Source: a virus. Taken from it: 64,000 bases of DNA. The number at the start of each line of letters is the position of its first letter. Position 1 is the stretch's first letter. The position numbers and the translations under genes are program-made. This document shows, piece after piece, positions 56,110-64,000 of the stretch. The DNA is taken from IMG/VR virus record IMGVR_UViG_3300027503_000009; one strand, 5' to 3'. The notes under the pieces are model-generated. The model did no database searches and was not told where the DNA came from. It worked only from the letters and a program-made list of their open reading frames with translations.

Positions 56110-56116
56110 ATAATTA

Positions 56117-56536
56117 TTATAACACTTCCCAACCTTCATTGTCAAGAGTGTAGAAAACATTTTTAATTTCAAATTCAACAATTGCTCTCATGCAGCCAGG
56201 ACAAGGTTTTGACATTCCATAAATCATTTTGTTCGTTTTCACGTCAGTTTTTGCCCTGCACACAAACAAAGAAACTTTATTGAAATCTTCTACATCCAAA
56301 TAGCGTAACGCATTTTTAATTGCTGCAATTTCAGCATGAAGGAAAATAGATAAATCTTTATTAGTTGCATATTTAGCCTGTAAAGGAGATGATTTATTTG
56401 AATTTACACCAACAGAAATAATCTTGTTTTTGTGGACAATTGCAGCAGCAATTTTAGCACCAGCAATCTTGGGCGTTGCAATAGCAACTTCTTTCAAGAG
56501 AGAAAAAACTTTAATGATTTTCTGTTCCGACTTCAT
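56117..56536 (-). CDS. cytidine/dCMP deaminase-family protein
   Basis: HAE and PCPGC zinc motifs. Confidence 0.88.
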   Translation of the reverse strand: MKSEQKIIKVFSLLKEVAIATPKIAGAKIAAAIVHKNKIISVGVNSNKSSPLQAKYATNKDLSIFLHAEIAAIKNALRYLDVEDFNKVSLFVCRAKTDVKTNKMIYGMSKPCPGCMRAIVEFEIKNVFYTLDNEGWEVL

Positions 56537-56772
56537 ACTTTTATTGTATCACAAATATTTTTGTTTGTCACTAGTGATTTTCGACCAAGCCATTGATGAA
56601 AAACCTGAATAGGAATTTGATGTTAAATTATTTACTTCTGACTTTCTTTTTCCATATCGACCGGAATATGAATAATTTTGTCCAATTTTTTCGTATCTTA
56701 GATTAACACCACTAGAACTTTTACGCTTAGTTTGAAAATCTTTGTAAAAATATTTTTTAGTTTTTGAATACA

Positions 56773-57003
56773 TCATAATTTTAAAACCTGTTCATCATTA
56801 ACATCCCAATCAGCAAAATAATAATTATTATCATCTAACCAGTCAAAAGAAACATAATTAAATGGTAAATCTTCACATTCACTTGCTTTTGAATAATCAT
56901 ACTTGTGATTGTTGATAAAATTCTTAACAGCGTCAAAATTTGTAATTGTGAACTTTCTCTCTGTGAGAAGTTCCGTGTTTTTGAAAAATTTAACTGTTAA
57001 CAT
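56773..57003 (-). CDS. hypothetical protein
   Basis: Leaderless promoter. Confidence 0.68.
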   Translation of the reverse strand: MLTVKFFKNTELLTERKFTITNFDAVKNFINNHKYDYSKASECEDLPFNYVSFDWLDDNNYYFADWDVNDEQVLKL

Positions 57004-57038
57004 AATATCAGTATATCACAAAAATATAAGTTTGTCAA

Positions 57039-57410
57039 CTATTCATCAATAAATTCTTGACAGGAAACCATGACCATATTTAGTTCACAAAAGCACTCTG
57101 AAATTTCTGGTGTTACCAACCCCTCAATAATATATACATCATCATTTTTTTCAATATCATATGTTGAAGGAATACCAGTGCAATAATAGTCCATATAATC
57201 TTCTTTATAGTTAAAAAGACTATTTCTAATTTCAGCTACAACATTACCAGCAGTTCTCCAGGAAACTGAGAAATCCTGATTCTTGTAATCCCATACAGTA
57301 TTACAAAGTGCTGCATAAAAATTCTGTGCAAAATTATAATCGTCAAACTTGTGAGCAAAAGATGAATTTTTTACATCTTCAATAAAACTTAAAATTGTGT
57401 CGTGGTTCAT
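57039..57410 (-). CDS. conserved phage hypothetical protein
   Basis: AQNFYAALCN, SWRTAG, DYMDYYC. Confidence 0.78.
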   Translation of the reverse strand: MNHDTILSFIEDVKNSSFAHKFDDYNFAQNFYAALCNTVWDYKNQDFSVSWRTAGNVVAEIRNSLFNYKEDYMDYYCTGIPSTYDIEKNDDVYIIEGLVTPEISECFCELNMVMVSCQEFIDE

Positions 57411-57786
57411 TGTTTAATCCTACTCATGTAATAATTATTTGATCTTGATAGTACCATACAATCTTCTCCAGAAGAAGATATAAATTTTCCTTCAGGTGTG
57501 CGTGAAGTTTTTCTTGAATCTGTACCAGATTTTGATTTAGTAAAATGAAGTATATTTTTAGGTTTTGATCGTTTCATTTAAATCTCCACTGGAATTAATT
57601 CTTCCTCAAGTATCCAACAAAATTGTAGATTAAAATCATCACGAAGACAATAAAAATTTTCTGACTTTTCTGTACCTGGAATTTGTTTTGTTTTTACAAC
57701 AATGTAAACGCTATGAGGATTCATCAGCATTGTACTTGCTACTTTAGGAATTACTTTTACTTTGTCTGCGATTCTGTATTTCATAC

Positions 57787-58722
57787 TTACATTGTAGCAG
57801 AATCAGAAAGCTTTGTCAAGCTCTCTTCATACATTTTTTGATAAGCAAACAAAGCTTTTTCCTTAGACTTGAGTTCAAGATCAATGTCAAGAGGCATTTC
57901 ATAGGTGTTCATGATAGATGTTGCATAATCAGAATGCGCCCGTGGATTGCAGGAAATACTTTCATGCAAAGCTTTAGATTCGCTGTAATGGAATAGTGGC
58001 TTAGTCTCACCCCATGTAGCATAAGAAAGATGAAATGCAAGAGATTCAGACAAATTATCTTGATGAAAACTATGGTGGAAATAGTCAAATGTGATTGGAG
58101 TATGAATATAAGAAAAAATATGCTTGAACAACTGATTAACAGAAAATGCAGAAGCTTTGTCATCATTCTCAACAACAAGACGCTTCTTGGTCTTTTCGTT
58201 AAGACGATAAAAATTAGTAATGAAGTTGTCGATAACTTTCTGAGAAAAATTCATACCAACATGGATGTTGAGGCAGTGATAATGATTGGCAGGAAAACCC
58301 ATCAACTCAAAAACTTCGTTGTGATGATGAAGATCATGAATGGAATTGTCAACAACATTCTGCTTGTCAGAACCTAGCTTGACAAAATGATCTGGATGTG
58401 CAGTTACACGAATACCAGCACGTTTAGCAATATCACCAGCAAAACGAAGATTGTAAGAAATTTCAGCAAAATCAGGAAGATCTTCTAGCTTGTACTTGGA
58501 GTTCCAAGGAAATAGATCGGAAGACAAACGAAACACCTTGATGTTGTTGCGTTGATTCCAAAGCATGATCTGGATAAGATCAAGAGTATTCTTGTATGCA
58601 AGCTCAGATGCATAGGCAATACCACGCTCATTAAACGTAGCTTCTCGCATGGTGCGATTGGTAGTAATACCTTTGTCGGATAGTTCCAGATTAATGCAGC
58701 AGTAACCAAATTGAGTGTTCAT
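57787..58722 (-). CDS. uvsE: UV-damage endonuclease
   Basis: GYCCIN, FRLSS, HPD, ENDD, DYFHH, HSD, ELKSKE. Confidence 0.92.
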   Translation of the reverse strand: MNTQFGYCCINLELSDKGITTNRTMREATFNERGIAYASELAYKNTLDLIQIMLWNQRNNIKVFRLSSDLFPWNSKYKLEDLPDFAEISYNLRFAGDIAKRAGIRVTAHPDHFVKLGSDKQNVVDNSIHDLHHHNEVFELMGFPANHYHCLNIHVGMNFSQKVIDNFITNFYRLNEKTKKRLVVENDDKASAFSVNQLFKHIFSYIHTPITFDYFHHSFHQDNLSESLAFHLSYATWGETKPLFHYSESKALHESISCNPRAHSDYATSIMNTYEMPLDIDLELKSKEKALFAYQKMYEESLTKLSDSATM

Positions 58723-58840
58723 GAATACATAATATCACAAATTTTTGAATTTGTCAATAAAAAAGCGGAGGAAAACATCTTCCTCCGCTGAGTTATTTTA
58801 GTTTATGTCTAATTTACAATCTTTCATTATTTATAATAGT

Positions 58841-59884
58841 TTAAATTTCACCCTTCTCAAGCATCATGGCAAGTTTATCTGGATTCATCTTTTGCAGATA
58901 ATCTTTCATATTTTTTACTTTTTTGTCATACATGGCATATAGAGGTGAAGTAAACTTTGTATGTGACATTACTTTTGATACAAATTCTGCTTTTGTTGAT
59001 GTATTTTTCATACAAACTTCAAATATCTTGTCATACTTAGAACAAATTGAATTTATCATTTTTTTCATTTCTCTATATAAATCTGAAATTTCCGGAAATT
59101 CTTCGACAAATTCATCTTTTTCTTTTATTGCCATCACAATACCTTTTTTGAAATCAAATGATTCAACAAAGTCTTGCAGTTTTCTAAAGTTTTTATTTTT
59201 AATTTTAATTTTTCTGTTTTTTGAATCTATTACAATTAATCCTTCAATTTCTTTTGGATCTGAATTTTGTACAAATTCTTGTGCTTCTTGTATTGTATTA
59301 AATTTAAATGTTTTTGGAAGCATGTGTTCAAAACATTCAAATCTAGTTTCTTCCAATGTAACTTTATTAATAGCTGTTATGAAATATATTTTAACAGTGT
59401 TTGTGTTTACAATTTTTTTGTTGAATGGTGATATTATTTCAAATGTGTAGGTGTAACAAGGATCAAGTAAACTAATATATTTTTGTGGAAAGTATTTAAA
59501 GAATAATTTTTCTATTTTTGGTTCTTGGACATCATATTTTGTTGATAAGTGCCATTTTTCTTTATGGTTCCACAGATAAACAGTTGTACCATCAATTTTC
59601 TCTTCATATCTTAAACGTTTAGATGAGAAAATAGGTTTTGCATGAATTACTTTAGGTGTTGCTGCTATGATTGGAAAATTTTTATCATCAACATCAAGAA
59701 TTATTCCAGAACAATTATCAATAATTTCATTTGGTTCTGAATTATTATCATAGAGACAAAACTGAAATAAGTTAGAATAATCATTATGACTTTGAACAGA
59801 TACATTTCTATTTTGAAAGAAGTCTAGTTTCTGCTTAAAGTTAGTTTCAGTATCAGCTAGGTAATTTTGTAGTTCATTTTTCAT
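58841..59884 (-). CDS. T4 Rnl1-like RNA ligase
   Basis: Motif I EEKIDGT; TFEI, EGLIV, KIKN. Confidence 0.8.
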   Translation of the reverse strand: MKNELQNYLADTETNFKQKLDFFQNRNVSVQSHNDYSNLFQFCLYDNNSEPNEIIDNCSGIILDVDDKNFPIIAATPKVIHAKPIFSSKRLRYEEKIDGTTVYLWNHKEKWHLSTKYDVQEPKIEKLFFKYFPQKYISLLDPCYTYTFEIISPFNKKIVNTNTVKIYFITAINKVTLEETRFECFEHMLPKTFKFNTIQEAQEFVQNSDPKEIEGLIVIDSKNRKIKIKNKNFRKLQDFVESFDFKKGIVMAIKEKDEFVEEFPEISDLYREMKKMINSICSKYDKIFEVCMKNTSTKAEFVSKVMSHTKFTSPLYAMYDKKVKNMKDYLQKMNPDKLAMMLEKGEI

Positions 59885-59926
59885 AGTTAGGTTTATAAAT
59901 ATTTAGTATAACAAAAAGGGGATTAG

Positions 59927-61099
59927 ATGGCCTTTAACGAACTAGGATTTATATACGAAGGTTTATATGCTGTTTGTGCGGCACATTATAGTACAAGTAA
60001 TTTAGTTTTCGAAAATGATTATGAAATAATTAATCTTTCACCAAAAACTACACTAGATGGTGGTTATAATAAAAATTCTATTTTGGAAACTTTAAAATTT
60101 TTATCAAATAATGTTGAAGAATACACCGGACAAGGATTAATTTTAACTGATAACTTTCTTGTTAAGAAAAAAGGAACTGAGCTTACAGATAACAAATATT
60201 TACGCTGTAAGTTAAAAATCAAATTACCTAAAGGAACTATCTTTTTTGCTAAAAATAAAAAATTAAGAAAGTCAATGAGTTATGCAAAAGAAGAAATATT
60301 TAATTTCTTAATTAACAGATTTCCATCAAGTATTATTTCAAACAAAATTAAAAATACTTTAATTTCTTACGTTGAGGATGAAATGATAAATTTAGTTGAG
60401 ATACATATTTCAACTACCGGAAATATACAAAAAATTAAAAATGAAGAAAATAATATTAATAAACTTTTAAAAAAATCAGATTTAGTGGTGAATTTTAAGA
60501 CAAATAAAGGTTATAAATTAACAAGTATGAATTTGAGTGAGGAAGCACCATCTTATAAATTAAATCAATTATTTAATATTTTATCAAAAGATTCATTGTT
60601 AGATGAAATTGAAGTTTCTTTAAAACTAACTTCCAGTTCTTCTTTGAATAAGAGAATACACAATACAAATAAAAAACAATTATATAAAGATTTTGGTTAT
60701 AGTAACAATTTATCTAAATCTTTTGATGAAATATTAAATGAAACTAGATCATTGTGGCTATCAAAATTGCAATATTTTTTATTTGGTATTTCTATAGACA
60801 ACATAATATATAATTCATTAAAAATAAATATAGTTAAAAAAAATATTAATCTAGATAAAAATCAGAAAAATTATATTAAAGAATTTTCATTTAATAGTTT
60901 TATAGATTATATGAAAAAACTAAATGACATCAATAAACTTTCTTACACAAAAAAAGAAAATTCTTATAACATAAATTATAATTCAAATTTACTTTATCAA
61001 ATAAAATTTATCGGTAATGATGTTAAAATTGAAATAAGTTCTTTTCTGATAAAAGAACTAACTAATAATATGAAAAAAATTATTGATAGTCATAACTAA
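59927..61099 (+). CDS. AT-rich hypothetical protein, possibly a PD-(D/E)xK nuclease
   Basis: TATAAATA at 59894; KSDLVV...EVSLK. Confidence 0.55.
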   Translation: MAFNELGFIYEGLYAVCAAHYSTSNLVFENDYEIINLSPKTTLDGGYNKNSILETLKFLSNNVEEYTGQGLILTDNFLVKKKGTELTDNKYLRCKLKIKLPKGTIFFAKNKKLRKSMSYAKEEIFNFLINRFPSSIISNKIKNTLISYVEDEMINLVEIHISTTGNIQKIKNEENNINKLLKKSDLVVNFKTNKGYKLTSMNLSEEAPSYKLNQLFNILSKDSLLDEIEVSLKLTSSSSLNKRIHNTNKKQLYKDFGYSNNLSKSFDEILNETRSLWLSKLQYFLFGISIDNIIYNSLKINIVKKNINLDKNQKNYIKEFSFNSFIDYMKKLNDINKLSYTKKENSYNINYNSNLLYQIKFIGNDVKIEISSFLIKELTNNMKKIIDSHN

Positions 61100-61287
61100 T
61101 ATGACAATACAACTAAATCCACCCATTCCATTAATCACACCAAAAGGAAAAGGTTGGGCATATTTCCTAATTGATCGTTCCCAAGAACATGATTTGGAAT
61201 GGGTGGTTTTTATTGATAGTTCAGGTGAATGTTGGACTTTTAGAAATCAAGAAATTAGAATTCAAAACAACATCACAATGGGAAGAA

Positions 61288-61590
61288 CTAATTTACATCA
61301 AAATTAATCTTTTTCATTTCTCTTAAAACTTCAATTTCATAATCTACAGTTTCAACCTCTACACTGAAGTATGAAATAAATACGCCAATTAAACAAATTA
61401 TATTAACAATTAAACATCCAATTAATAATGCAGAATTTTCTTTTAGAATAATTACCATTAAAATAGCTGTTGTTAAAGCTGACATTAAACAATGCTTAAA
61501 AAGCATTCCAATAAATTTGGTTAATGCTTTTGTTCTAATATCTTCTAAATCTTGTTCTGTTAACTTCTTAACATCATTCAAGTTCATCAT
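61288..61590 (-). CDS. membrane protein with 2 TM segments
   Basis: Two hydrophobic stretches. Confidence 0.65.
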   Translation of the reverse strand: MMNLNDVKKLTEQDLEDIRTKALTKFIGMLFKHCLMSALTTAILMVIILKENSALLIGCLIVNIICLIGVFISYFSVEVETVDYEIEVLREMKKINFDVN

Positions 61591-61978
61591 AATCTTTTAT
61601 CTCCAATCCATATTCTAAAAATACATCATTCCATCTTTCAAAACTTTCTGAGTGACTCATTTTACCTATTGTCATATACTGATAGGCATGAATCATTTCA
61701 TGAGCTAAAATACTGATGAAAAAACAAAAACTGGGAAATGATTTGGACAATTCCAAATTTAATATTTTTTCTTTCTTACATTCACCTTTACACAATCCCC
61801 AATGATACTTATCTGACTTAATGTTTATTTTATTAAATTCAGGTAAAGTATCATTGAAGAATAATGTGTTCAGTTTTTTAAACCACTTTTTTATTTTTCT
61901 TTCTGTTGGGTGGTACAACCTTGGTTTCGACTTCAACTGCTTTTTCAGTTGGTATTTGTACAGATTCTTCCTTTCCAT
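61574..61978 (-). CDS. SprT-like zinc metalloprotease
   Basis: LAHEMIHAYQ...H...F. Confidence 0.85.
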   Translation of the reverse strand: MERKNLYKYQLKKQLKSKPRLYHPTERKIKKWFKKLNTLFFNDTLPEFNKINIKSDKYHWGLCKGECKKEKILNLELSKSFPSFCFFISILAHEMIHAYQYMTIGKMSHSESFERWNDVFLEYGLEIKDYDELE

Positions 61979-62408
61979 TTTGTTCCTTTAATGGCACAGG
62001 AAGCATTAGTTCAGGAAAAACAGAATTTAAAAATACATTATCAACATCTTTCAAAGAAAATTTCTTAGTCAAAACACTTTCCAAAAGCTTTGCTTCCGAT
62101 GGGCTAATTGACTCTAGAATTTGTGCTAGAATCATTTTCTTTCTGTTGATATTAACGTTTCTATAAATTCTTGTGAAAATATATAAACGTCTATATTCTT
62201 TTTGAAGAGAACCATAACTTAAACCAATAGGACTAGAATCTGGTTTGTATGTTGGAATTTCTGTATCAAACTGAATTCTATTATCTAAACCATAACGTAA
62301 AATGGTTAATAGGGCAGGAGTTTTATTTTGGAGTAGAATTTTCTTTTTATCATCTAATGATGCAGCCTTATTAACTGCATCAAATACTTCTGATAACATC
62401 AATGTCAT
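61878..62408 (-). CDS. conserved T4-like hypothetical protein
   Basis: EYRRLYIF, QILESISPSEA; downstream of rnh. Confidence 0.75.
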   Translation of the reverse strand: MTLMLSEVFDAVNKAASLDDKKKILLQNKTPALLTILRYGLDNRIQFDTEIPTYKPDSSPIGLSYGSLQKEYRRLYIFTRIYRNVNINRKKMILAQILESISPSEAKLLESVLTKKFSLKDVDNVFLNSVFPELMLPVPLKEQNGKEESVQIPTEKAVEVETKVVPPNRKKNKKVV

Positions 62409-62455
62409 AATTATCCTTGAGGTGGGAATTAAGTGAATTTAATCACTATTTATTT

Positions 62456-63313
62456 TTAAAAATCCTGAATGTTTTCCATTAGATTTTTTAACTTAGCACT
62501 AACAAAGTAATTAAACATTTTATTCTTATCTTTCACAAATTCTCTGTTATAGCTTTCTAAAACATTTTTCTTGATTAAATCTGGAATGTAATCAAAATCA
62601 ATTAACTTGCGGTTTCTAATGAAACCAGCAATCATCTTTTCATCACAATAATCTTCAGGCTTTTGTTTTAGCCAAGCCTGAAGTTTGTTTGATGAAATTG
62701 GTTTTTGTCGTTTTGATGTAACAAATGTGTCATCATCTGACAGGAAGTTAGGAATACCATCACCAGAATCTCCACGAATAATATGTTCATAAAGAAATTC
62801 TTCTGGATCATCAATATTGATTAGTTTTTTTGCGATTGGATTTAATTGCTTTACATTCTTATATTTCTGCAATTGACTTAAATCTTTATCAGCAGAGACA
62901 ATTAAAATCTTTTCATTCTCATGAAGTTGCTTTACAAGAACTGCAATTACATCATCTGCTTCGGCACCATAAACATCAATCACCTTATAAGGCATGAACT
63001 CCATGATTTCTGCCTTAATTTTGTTTAAAGAAACAAAGAAACTTTCCCAATCCAGTCCGGAGTTATCTCTATCCTTTTTTCTGTTTGCCTTGTAATGTGG
63101 ATAAAATTCCTTGCGCCAATAAACTTTGTTGTCACAACAAATAACTAGCTCACCATATTCTGCTTTGTTGTACTGAACAATGCCTCTAATGGTATTTAAA
63201 ATCATATGACGCAACAAGTCCTCCTCTACCTTAATAGTAGAAGAAGACTTGTTGATATTCAAATTCTGAAATAAATTTGAAATTGCCACCTGATTGAAAT
63301 CTAATAAAATCAT
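62456..63313 (-). CDS. rnh: T4-like RNase H (5'-3' exonuclease)
   Basis: YKANR, EADD, SADKD, GDSGDGIPN. Confidence 0.95.
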   Translation of the reverse strand: MILLDFNQVAISNLFQNLNINKSSSTIKVEEDLLRHMILNTIRGIVQYNKAEYGELVICCDNKVYWRKEFYPHYKANRKKDRDNSGLDWESFFVSLNKIKAEIMEFMPYKVIDVYGAEADDVIAVLVKQLHENEKILIVSADKDLSQLQKYKNVKQLNPIAKKLINIDDPEEFLYEHIIRGDSGDGIPNFLSDDDTFVTSKRQKPISSNKLQAWLKQKPEDYCDEKMIAGFIRNRKLIDFDYIPDLIKKNVLESYNREFVKDKNKMFNYFVSAKLKNLMENIQDF

Positions 63314-63615
63314 TCTGTTCTTCCTAAATTACGAAGTGCATAACTTTCCAGGTCTTTAATATGACGTTTAATTGTTTTGTCTGGATCTTTTGGAGCTTTT
63401 TCTAAGTCTAGTCTTGTATAGACTTTAGTTTCATCAAACTTAGAAATATCATAAATACTTTCTACTTTGTAGCCTTCTCTTAGTTCATTTGTAGAAATAA
63501 TTTCTGTAATGACACCAAGACATAGTTGTTCTGTTAATGGTTTTGACCAATCAAAACGATAAACAGCATCATCAATTTCTAAACGCTCAACACCAAGTTC
63601 TTCACTAGTAAACAT
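63310..63615 (-). CDS. hypothetical protein
   Basis: ORF in operon context. Confidence 0.65.
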   Translation of the reverse strand: MFTSEELGVERLEIDDAVYRFDWSKPLTEQLCLGVITEIISTNELREGYKVESIYDISKFDETKVYTRLDLEKAPKDPDKTIKRHIKDLESYALRNLGRTE

Positions 63616-63855
63616 TTAATCCTCGAAATCATAATCTCTGGCATAATCGCCGTAGTAAACATAGTTTGTATATCCATCTGGATCTGACTGTCGTTCGATA
63701 TCTAAAGCCTCAGATAGTGTATACCATGTCTTTTCATCAATGTTCCCATCTTGCTTGTAAATTGGGATCTTGCAAATTTCGCCGTTCTTACGATGTGGGT
63801 TAATTTCCCATCCATTCATAATAAGAAATTCTTGTTCCTTAGTTAAGTGACTCAT
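63616..63855 (-). CDS. hypothetical protein
   Basis: ORF in operon context. Confidence 0.65.
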   Translation of the reverse strand: MSHLTKEQEFLIMNGWEINPHRKNGEICKIPIYKQDGNIDEKTWYTLSEALDIERQSDPDGYTNYVYYGDYARDYDFED

Positions 63856-63858
63856 ACT

Positions 63859-64000
63859 TTAAAATGCCTTTAAAAGAATGCAGTGTTCGTTTATCCTTCC
63901 GGTTGTTTTAATTGGTTTGGTTTTTAGACCTTCAAAAGTCTTTCTGAATACAATCTTACCACCATTGAGGATTGTTGTCAATACCTCTTCTGGTTTTCTG
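63859..64000 (-). CDS. 3' end of a conserved T4-like protein, cut by the window edge
   Basis: RKPEEVL...TGRINEHCILLKAF-stop. Confidence 0.7.
   Translation of the reverse strand, partial: RKPEEVLTTILNGGKIVFRKTFEGLKTKPIKTTGRINEHCILLKAF

Overview
This is a 64-kb segment of an AT-rich T4-like (myovirus-type) phage genome. It has four blocks. (1) 1-9.1 kb: a + strand cluster of about 21 tRNA genes, interleaved with RNA-repair genes and at least eight non-canonical tRNA-like or structured RNAs. One of these is a near-verbatim copy of the 23S rRNA L11-binding domain carrying a 131-nt insertion. (2) 9-41 kb: + strand T4-like core (gp43, uvsX, gp41, gp16, gp61, thyX, nrdA/B, dUTPase, Hsp20, GH19 lysin, tail fibres), plus a full-length TonB-dependent receptor and a secreted protein that both look acidobacterial. 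(3) About 41-54 kb: a visibly more GC-rich minus-strand early or host-takeover region. It is built from promoter-plus-small-ORF cassettes that are mostly leaderless, and GTAC-rich repeat clusters lie at its left end. It encodes acidic candidate DNA mimics, tRNA-Lys/tRNA-Arg with a KTSC protein, an Sm-fold protein, and six paralogous peptides with a basic leader followed by (Ser-X)n repeats. (4) 54-64 kb: minus-strand Seg-like endonuclease, deaminase, UvsE, RNA ligase, SprT and RNase H. All calls come from reading the sequence and the ORF track by eye; no database search was run.
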